In this document: positions 54,301 through 63,335 of the stretch, in pieces
How the letters are laid out: every line of letters starts with the position of its first letter
Position numbering within the stretch: the first letter of the stretch is position 1
Source of the DNA: Schmidtea polychroa
Lineage: Eukaryota
NCBI GenBank assembly: GCA_044892525.1
Contig: CM097885.1
Coordinates: 10,604,001 to 10,668,000 of the forward strand
Direction: 5' to 3'
Length of the DNA stretch: 64,000 bases
Translations under genes and position numbers: made by a program
Notes under the pieces: model-generated
Told to the model about the DNA's origin: nothing
Database searches by the model: none
What the model saw: only the letters and a program-made list of their open reading frames with translations

Positions 54301-56673
54301 GTAATGACTCAACATTTACCAATTTCTAATTTCTCATGGGTTGATATTCCTAAAGAAAAAGATAAACTAGAAGATCTTTTAAATGAAATCCTATCAACTC
54401 CTAAAGATTCAGAATTTGGATATGTTATAGAATGTGATCTCGAGTATCCAGATGAAATAAAATCTAGAACTAGGTATTTCCCATTTGCACCAGTAAAAAG
54501 AAAAATCAGCATTGAAGAACTTTCAGATTGGCAAATCAGACAAAATAGATCAACTACTACAAAACTTTTATGTGATCAAACAAATCGAACTTATTATCTT
54601 TGTCATTATAGGTTATTACAATTTTATCTTTCGCATGGAATGATATTAAAAGATGTTCACAGTATTATAAAATTCAAACAAGCAGCATTTATGAAAAAAT
54701 TTATATATGGAAACATTAGAAAAAGAAATGAAGCAAAAAGAAATGGAAATGCTTTTCTAGACATGATTTATAAACTTTTAAATAATGCAGTCTTTGGTAA
54801 GACTATGGAAAATGTTGATAAATATACTCGAGTAGAACTTTTATCAAATACTCCAAAAGACTTTGCAAGATATAATCGAATGCTTGGAAAACCTACATTT
54901 AAAAATGCTGAAGTATTCTCAAAGAATCTTGTGGCAATTGAAATTCAAAATAGTGAAAAAACTTATAACAAACCAATCTTTATAGGCTTCTCTATTTTAG
55001 AATTATCAAAACTTCAAATGTATGAGACTTATTATGATATTCTAGTACCTCACTTTGGAGATCGAATATCAATGCATGGTATGGATACAGACAGCGCCGT
55101 ACTATCGCAAGTGCAACAAGTGCAATCGCACTGGGCCCCCTATTTTTGAGGGGCCCCAAATATTAAATACATTAGAAAAACTTCTCCAATACCATAAATT
55201 ACTACGAATTGAAAGAAAAAAAAAAATTTAAAAATTCAAAATTCGTTTAACTTTCAAAAAAAATCTAGTTGGCAACGATTTAATTTGAAACAAATATACC
55301 TAATAATTCAGTTGTTTTTTGCTTCAAATTGTTATCTTCTGTTTGTTTATTATATCGTCTTATTAGTGGAAAGTAATATTATTTCAAAGTTATAAACAGA
55401 AATAAGTTTTATTTTAATTTTTTGTGGATAATGTGCATCGTAAATTATAAAATACGGTATTATTAATAATTTACATTTTTTGTGTCTACCGTTAGTATAA
55501 GTGCGGATATTACATAGTAATTTTAGGTTTAACGATTCGTTTATATATTTAATAAATTGTAATTTTCACTTTTCAAATTAAATTTGAGTTAACGAACATA
55601 GTTTGAAAACATATACTGTATATATGTCGCAGGAAAGACTTTCTGGATTAGCAATACTGTCAATTGAAAATGCAACAGCCAGAACAATTGATTACAATGA
55701 CATAATTGATGAATTTGCCAGCAAAAGAGCTAGAAAAATTACTTTATAATTGCTATTATTTTTTTAAATACAATCAATAAAAAATTTATTCAAATTTAAA
55801 AAAAAATTTTTTTAGTTTCTGCACAGGGCCCCCAAAAGTTACAGCACGGCGCTGGATACAGATAGTATGTTTTTAAAAATATATAGCAAAGATGTTAAAA
55901 AAGAAATATCTGAAAGTGAAATCCTAAGTAATTTAATAAATGCATCTGGAGAATTATTCACCTTTAAAGATGAAAAACCAAATACCCCAATAACTGAGGC
56001 TATATTTATCAAGGCTAAACAATATTCACTAGAAATGATACAAGCACCAAAGATGAAAAAACACACAATTAAAATCAGAGATATAAACCCAATAACCTTG
56101 GAAATGGAAGAAATAGAATATACAAGTGAACAACCTATAATAACCTTTGATACAAAAACTCTTAAAGATAACAAAAGTAAAGGGATACAAAAATCTGTAT
56201 CCAAAACAATTGCCAATCAAGACTATAAAGATTCTCTAAATAAAAATTATATAGATAAAATGGTTGAGGTACATCAACTTAAATCAAAGAAGCATAACAT
56301 GTATTTAGAAGAATCAGCCAAGATAGCATTATCAAATTATGATGACAAAAGATTTATTCTAAGTGATTTAAAAACAACTCTTCCAATTGGAAATGATTTA
56401 ATCCCAATAATAAAAAATCTTGAAAAAATAAATGAACTTTATAACCTAAATATTACCGATCTTGATATTTATAAAATCGAGATTATATACCCAGAGCTTC
56501 CTCAAAGAGTTCCACAAAGACTTGCACAAAAACCACTATATAATCAAGTTCAAAACCCAATATCCATAGATGTAAAATATTTAAATATAGATTCTGAATA
56601 TATTCAGGGATTATCAGGACAGGAATTCGAATCTCATAGATTGATGTTAGAGAACATCCAGTTTCAGTCATGA
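51307..56673 (+). pseudogene. pPolB: Protein-primed family B DNA polymerase, split by a MITE; join(51307-55091,55863-56673) gives 1531 aa
   Basis: N-terminal zinc fingers; DDKCFQWS; exonuclease GDFEA and FHNLFGYD; HNH/EndoVII-like DHDH..YRGAAH..CN; KGIYPY; polymerase DATALYG, KLLNNAVFGK, MDTDS; YDDKR. Removing the insert and one TSD restores a single frame. Confidence 0.95.
55092..55854 (+). mobile_element. Non-autonomous hAT (Tip100-like) element, 763 bp
   Basis: TIR CAGCGCCGT(A/G)CT; perfect 8-bp TSD GATACAGA (55084-55091 and 55855-55862); carries a transposase tail MSQERLSGLAILSIEN...IDEFASKRARK*. Confidence 0.95.
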
Positions 56674-56730
56674 CCGAATTTGATCTTTTTAGAGTTTAAT
56701 CAAATAAAAAAATAATTTTTTGATTTAAAA

Positions 56731-56964
56731 ATGGATAATCAGGATTTAAAATTAATATATGAAAATATAAAATCATATTATAGTGATTCAAAAGTTATTT
56801 TATCTAAAACATTATTTAATGATTTAATTAATGAATTTTTTCAATTAAAGGATACCCAAATCTCAAAAATATTTCTCGTCAAGATTTTTCTTGTCGCTTG
56901 TTTAATATTTTCATTACTCTTTGTCTTAATTTTTCTTGTTTTTCCTCAGCCGAATGTTTTATGA
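56731..56964 (+). CDS. Small hypothetical protein with a hydrophobic C-terminus
   Basis: TAAAAAATG start context like the other Polinton genes, but it overlaps the convergent ORF by 86 bp. Confidence 0.35.
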   Translation: MDNQDLKLIYENIKSYYSDSKVILSKTLFNDLINEFFQLKDTQISKIFLVKIFLVACLIFSLLFVLIFLVFPQPNVL

Positions 56965-57253
56965 CTATAATCTCCTTAGACATTCTTTTTAAATATTCAT
57001 CATCAACATCTTCAACTTTTTTAAATAGATAATCTCTTTCCTCCTTTACCTGCCTAAGTTCTTCATTTGCATTCATAGAATCTTCTCCTAAAGCTTCTAT
57101 TAAAACCCTTATTGCTGGCATTCTAACAATCAACTGTTCTCCATACAAAGCCCGAGTTGTTAAAGATTTTTCTTTATATTCTAGTAATGCAGCTTTTGAC
57201 TCTTTTTTAATAATAGGATTGTGTCTTATTAAATCTAAAACATCATCTTCCAT
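56879..57253 (-). CDS. Polinton hypothetical helical protein, 124 aa
   Basis: Part of the tightly packed minus-strand array; TAAATG start. Confidence 0.7.
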   Translation of the reverse strand: MEDDVLDLIRHNPIIKKESKAALLEYKEKSLTTRALYGEQLIVRMPAIRVLIEALGEDSMNANEELRQVKEERDYLFKKVEDVDDEYLKRMSKEIIVIKHSAEEKQEKLRQRVMKILNKRQEKS

Positions 57254-57284
57254 TTATTAACATAAAAATTTAAGTAAAAAAAAT

Positions 57285-57986
57285 TCATCCACGATTTAAA
57301 ACTTTATCTAATTCTTCATCTCCTTCAGAATGACTTTCAGAATGACTTTCAGAATGACTTTCAGAATATCCCGACATCTCTTCCTTTTCTTTATTATCAA
57401 AGATTTCAAAAACTGAAGGTTGATTCCTAGGGATCGCGAAGCTCTCAGAGGTCAAGTTCCCAGAATGCTCCCCAGAACCTAAAATATCTTTTGACTTTGT
57501 ATCCATAGACTTTGTATCCATAGACTTTGTATCCATAGACTTAATATCCATAGACTTAATATTCTTAAAAATACTATTTACTCCATTAGATTTAAGAGCT
57601 GAACAAATATGATTCTTCTGAGAAGATTTAAAAACTTTTGAACAATCTGTACAATAAAAAGATTTCTCCTGAAGTCCCAAGATATTTGTTTTAGGTTTAT
57701 TTTCAATCTTATTTTCAACCTTGCTCCTTTTATCAGCATGTCCCTTCTCTTTCTTTTTACCCTTAACAGCATGCCTAAAAGGAGAAGGCATTCCTAAATC
57801 ATTTCTTATTCTTCTCATAGTAGAATCTGAAGTGCCAAGCATTTTACAAATTTGAGATTGAGTAAAATTAGGATTCTCACTTAAAATCTTTGTAAACCCT
57901 AAAGCTTTTTCTTTTAATAAAAACATGTTTAATTTAGAAGTATCAACTACTACAACTTGATCGACTTTTTTTAAAAATTCATCCAT
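57285..57986 (-). CDS. Polinton putative DNA-binding protein (HTH plus zinc finger), 233 aa
   Basis: FTQSQICKMLGTSDSTMRRIRNDLG is HTH-like; CTDC...HIC; SMD(I/T)K and SESH repeats. Confidence 0.75.
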   Translation of the reverse strand: MDEFLKKVDQVVVVDTSKLNMFLLKEKALGFTKILSENPNFTQSQICKMLGTSDSTMRRIRNDLGMPSPFRHAVKGKKKEKGHADKRSKVENKIENKPKTNILGLQEKSFYCTDCSKVFKSSQKNHICSALKSNGVNSIFKNIKSMDIKSMDTKSMDTKSMDTKSKDILGSGEHSGNLTSESFAIPRNQPSVFEIFDNKEKEEMSGYSESHSESHSESHSEGDEELDKVLNRG

Positions 57987-58004
57987 TTTATAAGTAAGAA
58001 TTTT

Positions 58005-58622
58005 TCAATAAGAATTCTTCATGGAATATTCTTTCAACCACTTCTCTCTTTGACTCTTTTTTGTTCTTTCAATCTTTCCATCTTTCTTTAATCTTAAAAC
58101 CTCATTTTTAATATCTTGTATTATTTGATTTGATTTCATTATTTCATCATCAGTCAGGATTCCATCTTCTAAAGCTTTTAATTGAAATAAAAATAATTTA
58201 GAGATTCCTATTTCTATTGTATTACAAACTTCTCTATATAAACTTTTCTTTTTAGAAGTATAAGATACTGAAACCATTTCAGTCAAGAATCCATCAGCCA
58301 CAGAAATACTTCCAAGTATTACAGGTGCAATTGTTAAAACTGGCAAGGTTGCAGGTAAAATGATTGTTAATATTGCAGATGTAAATCCTAAAGAATAACC
58401 TACAATTTTTAAAACAGTATTCCCTTTATTCCATCTATTTTTAATTTTTTTATAATGCTTTAATAAATCTTGTAAATGTAAGGTTTCTGATTTAAATTCT
58501 TTTACTCTCATGACCTCTAATTCTGTAGGGGCTGAAGGTTTAGAACCTTTGAGACCTTCGGAAGCTTCAGAATAATATCCCGATGACAATTCTGGGTAAA
58601 TTTTTTCTTCTCTGTCTTCCAT
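58005..58622 (-). CDS. Polinton membrane protein, 205 aa
   Basis: IYPEL N-terminus, a coiled segment, a central hydrophobic hairpin and a helical C-terminus. Confidence 0.75.
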   Translation of the reverse strand: MEDREEKIYPELSSGYYSEASEGLKGSKPSAPTELEVMRVKEFKSETLHLQDLLKHYKKIKNRWNKGNTVLKIVGYSLGFTSAILTIILPATLPVLTIAPVILGSISVADGFLTEMVSVSYTSKKKSLYREVCNTIEIGISKLFLFQLKALEDGILTDDEIMKSNQIIQDIKNEVLRLKKDGKIERTKKSQREKWLKEYSMKNSY

Positions 58623-58642
58623 TTTAATAATTAAAAAAATAA

Positions 58643-59623
58643 TTAAACTCTCAACAGGACTTTATTATGAGGTATCAATATTCGAATATCATAAGAAGCT
58701 CGTCTTGAGTGAATATCTTTATACAACTCCATCAACGCTTTATGAACTTCAAGAACATCAACCTTTCTTTCATAAAATATTAAATCTATATAATGTACAA
58801 GTGTGCTTTTAAAAATAATCTCTTTACTTTTAGTTTTATGTGCGATGTATGAATCAGTCATACCTGGACGAGTATTAACATGCCAATCTCCATTTGGTAA
58901 ATCATAACTAGCCATTATAACATCACCCTTTTCAAGCTTACTATTATAATCAGATTTCACAAACCATTTCATTCTTTCGCCATCATCATCAAACAAAAAG
59001 AAATAAGGATCAATAATCTTTACAACCATAAAAACACTCCAGGATTTACTATTTGTTGTTATTAAACTTGGTTCTATAAAATGTTTAAAGTTATCAGGAA
59101 GTAATGTTTTATTCTGAGGTAATTCAGCAGCTCTTTTTCTAATACTATGTGTGGTGTTAATGTGTGTTCCATGAGACTCTAAATTTGAAATTCTTTTATT
59201 AAATGATGTAATCAACTCATTTATTATATTATATATTGTATTAAATTTAGTATTCATAATTTGTTTATCTTTAGAGTTTAATATGCTAGTATTTAACTTT
59301 ACAACTTGTTCAGTTAACAGACTTTGTAACTTGTCAAATTTATCATTAAATCGTTGTTCGATATTATCAATTTTTGTTGTTAATGAACTTTCAATTCTTG
59401 TTGTTGTTAAATCAGTATAATTTTTAACACCATCAACATATTTTTTATTAACTGCATCAGCTTCATCAGTTGGAAAAGATAATTCTTTTATCTTGTGTCC
59501 ATTTAAATTTAAATCTCCTTTCATCGAATCACCTCTTTCATTAATATATCTCTTTTCTGTAAGAAATATAACATCTTCATCTTTTAATCCATCATTATAT
59601 AATCCAAACTTGTTATAATTCAT
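58643..59623 (-). CDS. Fiber-like virion protein, 326 aa
   Basis: GDSMKGDLNLNGHKIKELSFPTDEADAVNKKYVD fiber/stalk motif, long heptad region and globular C-terminus; adjacent to penton. ATG at 59623. Confidence 0.7.
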   Translation of the reverse strand: MNYNKFGLYNDGLKDEDVIFLTEKRYINERGDSMKGDLNLNGHKIKELSFPTDEADAVNKKYVDGVKNYTDLTTTRIESSLTTKIDNIEQRFNDKFDKLQSLLTEQVVKLNTSILNSKDKQIMNTKFNTIYNIINELITSFNKRISNLESHGTHINTTHSIRKRAAELPQNKTLLPDNFKHFIEPSLITTNSKSWSVFMVVKIIDPYFFLFDDDGERMKWFVKSDYNSKLEKGDVIMASYDLPNGDWHVNTRPGMTDSYIAHKTKSKEIIFKSTLVHYIDLIFYERKVDVLEVHKALMELYKDIHSRRASYDIRILIPHNKVLLRV

Positions 59624-59657
59624 TTTTATAGAAAAAATCAAATAAAAAATAAAATCC

Positions 59658-60467
59658 TTAAACCTGTTTCAAAGATAAACACATTGAAATCTTTTCTCCA
59701 TTAAAACTAATTAACTCTCCATCTTCATCAACAATTCTAAAACTAATATCCATTATATTTTTTCGACATAAAGGTAAATAATTTGGAGGATTCATTCTTT
59801 CAACCATTTTATATCCTACTCGTACAATATTAGAAGGAAAGGAATATAAAATATTTGCATGTTTACCATTATTGTATGATCCCATTATACAATCACACTC
59901 TATATTTATAGAATTTGTATTTGTTATTTGTATAATATTTTTAGATTTAATAGTTGATGGTGTATATTCTCTGACTTCAAAACCTAAAATAGTATGAAAG
60001 AAACTAGAAGTAGTAACACCAAGTCCAACATTTTTTAAAGTTAATATACATTTTGAAGTTTGTACATCTGCTTTTATTTCTACATCTCCATTTGTTTCTT
60101 TTAAAATTGTTTTAGCTAAATCTACTATTTCATATGATCCTGGTTCAATTGTTATAATGTTATATTCCCTAGAAGTAATCTTTTCATATTCACTATTTTT
60201 CAATATACTAGGTTTAATAAATGAAACAGAAACCCGAGGTATTTTATCCTTCATAACTATAATAAATTTATTATTATTATTATTTATATTAAAAATAGTA
60301 TTAAAACAGGAAAACCACAAGAGTCCTAATTCATAATTTAAATCTTGATCTAAATTTATTGAATCTTCAAAATTTATAGTAAAGTCTGATTCTTTTGAAT
60401 TTATTAATAAACTTCTTGAATATTTATTTGACATTATGTTTACCATTTTTTTTAAATTATCCTCCAT
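59658..60467 (-). CDS. Minor capsid protein (penton, single jelly roll)
   Basis: F.INF...I.L, I.PGSYEI.DL, INIECDCI.GSY.NG...ILYSF, YLPL....I..I.FRI.DEDG..I.FNG. Confidence 0.85.
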   Translation of the reverse strand: MEDNLKKMVNIMSNKYSRSLLINSKESDFTINFEDSINLDQDLNYELGLLWFSCFNTIFNINNNNNKFIIVMKDKIPRVSVSFIKPSILKNSEYEKITSREYNIITIEPGSYEIVDLAKTILKETNGDVEIKADVQTSKCILTLKNVGLGVTTSSFFHTILGFEVREYTPSTIKSKNIIQITNTNSINIECDCIMGSYNNGKHANILYSFPSNIVRVGYKMVERMNPPNYLPLCRKNIMDISFRIVDEDGELISFNGEKISMCLSLKQV

Positions 60468-60483
60468 TTCTTATAGTAAAAAT

Positions 60484-60927
60484 TTAAAGTAGAGATTTTA
60501 AATCATTATAAATTTCTTGGATTATAGATTCAAAATCTCCTTTGGATTTATTTAATCTATACAAAACATATAAGCATAAAATACCACATATTTTATTATT
60601 CCAAGGTTGAACTTGTAAAGAATTAAAAATATAGTCTCCCGAGAGATAATCTTCAACTTCTTTAGTAGGTTTAATCCCAAAAGAATCAAAGTATATAGAT
60701 TTGCCTTCTCTATTATATATACAAACCCAATGAGATCCTTTTTCATTTGAATTTTGATAATTTATAATGATATTCTTTGGAGTGTCTTCTTTCAGACTTG
60801 ATAATTCATCATTCATTAATATTTTTATTTTTAAATTTAAATAATTTGCATAATCTTTTAAATCAAAATTTGTTTTTGCATTTATTCCAAATGTTTTTAA
60901 AAAATCTAATATTGAAGGACAAGTCAT
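60484..60927 (-). CDS. Adenain-like cysteine protease
   Basis: GSHWV, YFDSFG and Q......CG..C give the His/Asp/Gln/Cys catalytic set. Confidence 0.92.
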   Translation of the reverse strand: MTCPSILDFLKTFGINAKTNFDLKDYANYLNLKIKILMNDELSSLKEDTPKNIIINYQNSNEKGSHWVCIYNREGKSIYFDSFGIKPTKEVEDYLSGDYIFNSLQVQPWNNKICGILCLYVLYRLNKSKGDFESIIQEIYNDLKSLL

Positions 60928-60950
60928 TTTATATTTTATAACTTCGTATT

Positions 60951-61864
60951 TTATAACTTCGTATACTTGATAAATTTATCTTTTGAAATTATTCCTTGTT
61001 TTAACAAATCTTTAGAAATCTTTAAAATATTAGAATCTAAATTATTATGTCCTGCTTTCCTTGCAGATAATAGTTTTCTTAATTCAATAAAAAGATTGAT
61101 GGGATTTCCAGACATTCCCTCCCCCTCTGTAACAATATAACCCTTTTCATTTCTATCTAAATAATTCTTTAAATCTTGAATATGTTTTGCTTTAGAACTA
61201 GCTTTTATTGATCTTATAAAATTTAAATATTTTTCAATTTCTTTAATATTATCTGAAGGATATCCACAAATTAATTTATTAAAATCATCTGTTTTTCAAT
61301 TTCTTTAATATTATCTGAAGGATATCCACAAATTAATTTATAAAAATCATCTGTAAATTCAAAGTCTAAATATTCATTATTATAAACATTTTGTGAATGA
61401 ATATGTGATTTATTTTCTGAAGTTGTATATAAAGTAAAGTTTTGTTTATTAATTGTTATTATTGTATATCCTTCAGCATTAGTCTTAAATATGGGTCTAA
61501 TTGAAGGAGGTAAATCATCATTAATTTTAGGATTGAGTTTAAGACGTTTTGTTTTTAAAAACATTTCTTCTTCTTCCACATTAGAGGTTCTTCTACGTTT
61601 TCTTTGATTTCTTCCTTCACTGGATTCTTTTTCTTTCTCCTCCCACTCTAGTTCTTTTATTTTTTGTTTTTTATCCAACTCTTTATATTTTGCTTGCACA
61701 TTTAAATCTAATCCTTTTATAGCTTTAATTGTTGGTTCTTGTTGTTGTGTTATTATCTCATTTAATATTATAGATTCAGTATGTTGACTTGTATCTTTTT
61801 TATTATATTTATCTTCTTCTGATCCTAATTTTTTTAAAAGTGCTAATCTTTCTTCATATACCAT
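60951..61864 (-). pseudogene. Polinton conserved core-type protein frameshifted by a 62-bp duplication (283 aa when repaired)
   Basis: The repaired frame ends ...EGEGMSGNPINLFIELRKLLSARKAGHNNLDSNILKISKDLLKQGIISK...; this L.LL...K.AG.N...I..I...L...G.I tail is recalled as typical of Polinton proteins. Confidence 0.75.
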
Positions 61865-61900
61865 TTTAATGGTATTAAAAATGGTTCGAAGGACAAAGTA

Positions 61901-62509
61901 TCATTTTAAATTTATACCATTTTGGAGTTCGAAGGGTTTCAAATATAAACCCTTCCCATTTTTAGTTTTACAAATACACCCATTCTTTAAAGACTTACAT
62001 ATTTTTTTAAAATCATCTTTATCCTTTGAAGATAAAGATTTAGATGATGAAATTTGATTTTTTAAAAAATCATTTAAACCACGGCCTTTATAAGGATCAA
62101 GATAGAGACCTTTTCCAATGAATGGAGTCCCTTCAGGCAGAGTCTCTTGAGGCTTTTGTCTTTCGAATGCTTTCCCCTTTAATAATTCAATCTCTTTTAA
62201 TATTTTTTCTTTTTCAGCATCGGCCTTTTGACCTTCTTTTATTATTTTTTCTTTTTCTAATTGTTTATTTCTAGCATCTCTTGAATTATTCACTACAGTC
62301 GCAACACCACCAGCTATTCCAGTTGCACCAGTTATTGCAGCAGTAATGATAGGTATTAAAGCAGCTAATGGAAGAATACCTCCTTCTTTGATATGCTCTT
62401 TAACTTGTTCTTTTACATGTTTTCCAATAAAATATTTTTTACCATTGATTACAACTGATTTACTTTTATTTGAATTTATTAATTCTTGAAAGGATTCTTC
62501 TTCTGTCAT
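61901..62509 (-). CDS. Adenovirus pX-like core/membrane-active protein, 202 aa
   Basis: GGILPLAALIPIITAAITGATGIA resembles adenovirus pX GGILPLLIPLIAAAIGAVPGIA; repeated GKGLYL / GRGL. Confidence 0.75.
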   Translation of the reverse strand: MTEEESFQELINSNKSKSVVINGKKYFIGKHVKEQVKEHIKEGGILPLAALIPIITAAITGATGIAGGVATVVNNSRDARNKQLEKEKIIKEGQKADAEKEKILKEIELLKGKAFERQKPQETLPEGTPFIGKGLYLDPYKGRGLNDFLKNQISSSKSLSSKDKDDFKKICKSLKNGCICKTKNGKGLYLKPFELQNGINLK

Positions 62510-62520
62510 TTTTTAATAAA

Positions 62521-63324
62521 CAAAATAATCGAAGACCTCCGGATACTTGGAAACCAATTTTAAATAGACATAAGAGTAAATTTAATAATAAAGTATTTCC
62601 TGATAATTTTAGATTATTAATTGTTGGTTCTTCTGGATGTGGAAAGAATGTACTTCTTTTGAGGATGTTGCTTGAAGATGATTTTTTAGATTATAATAAT
62701 TTAATCTTTTACTCTACAACCATAAATCAATCAGAATTACAACTTTTGAAATGTGGATTTGAAAATAAATTAACTAAAAAAGCAATAATTGATATTTTTA
62801 AAAATCAACATAGATGTCCTGAAGAAGTTTTTCAACCTTGTGATATGGTTGATTGGTATAAGGAAAAGATTTTAGAATCAGATATTAGTAATAAAAATGA
62901 TTATATTTGTGAAGATGAGTGGATCCAAGTTTTATTCTCTAATAAACCTGAAGATGTTTTACATTGTGATTTACTTCCTAAAGATAAAAAGAATCTAGTT
63001 ATATTTGATGATGTTGTTAATATGAAAAATCAAGAGATTCAAAAGAGTTACTTTACAAGAGGAAGACATAATAATTGTAATGTTATTTATATATCTCAAA
63101 CTTATTATGCTTTAGATAAAAATTCAATAAGAAATAATTCCAATTGTTTTATATTTTTTAAATTAGATCGCCGTGATAAGAATATGATTTATAATGATTT
63201 ATTTTCAAATGTTGAACCTGATAAGAATATGTTTGATATGTTTGTTGATAATCATTGGAAAGAAAAATATAATTATATTTATTTGGATAGAGAAGAAGCT
63301 GAAATGTGGAAAAGTTTATTTTAG
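62521..63324 (+). CDS. A32/FtsK-HerA-family DNA packaging ATPase (start codon uncertain)
   Basis: Walker A GSSGCGKN, Walker B LVIFDD, RGRHNN, ISQTY and IRNN. Confidence 0.9.
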   Translation, partial: QNNRRPPDTWKPILNRHKSKFNNKVFPDNFRLLIVGSSGCGKNVLLLRMLLEDDFLDYNNLIFYSTTINQSELQLLKCGFENKLTKKAIIDIFKNQHRCPEEVFQPCDMVDWYKEKILESDISNKNDYICEDEWIQVLFSNKPEDVLHCDLLPKDKKNLVIFDDVVNMKNQEIQKSYFTRGRHNNCNVIYISQTYYALDKNSIRNNSNCFIFFKLDRRDKNMIYNDLFSNVEPDKNMFDMFVDNHWKEKYNYIYLDREEAEMWKSLF

Positions 63325-63335
63325 GGCTTGTCGAT

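Noticed and set aside
57250..60490. Spliced-leader trans-splicing acceptors between co-oriented Polinton genes
   Set aside because: Most T-rich spacers lack an AG before the ATG.
60938..60965. Exact loxP 13-bp arm ATAACTTCGTATA plus a near copy
   Set aside because: The copies are direct, not inverted around an 8-bp spacer. A 15-bp tandem duplication at a gene end in AT-rich DNA explains it.
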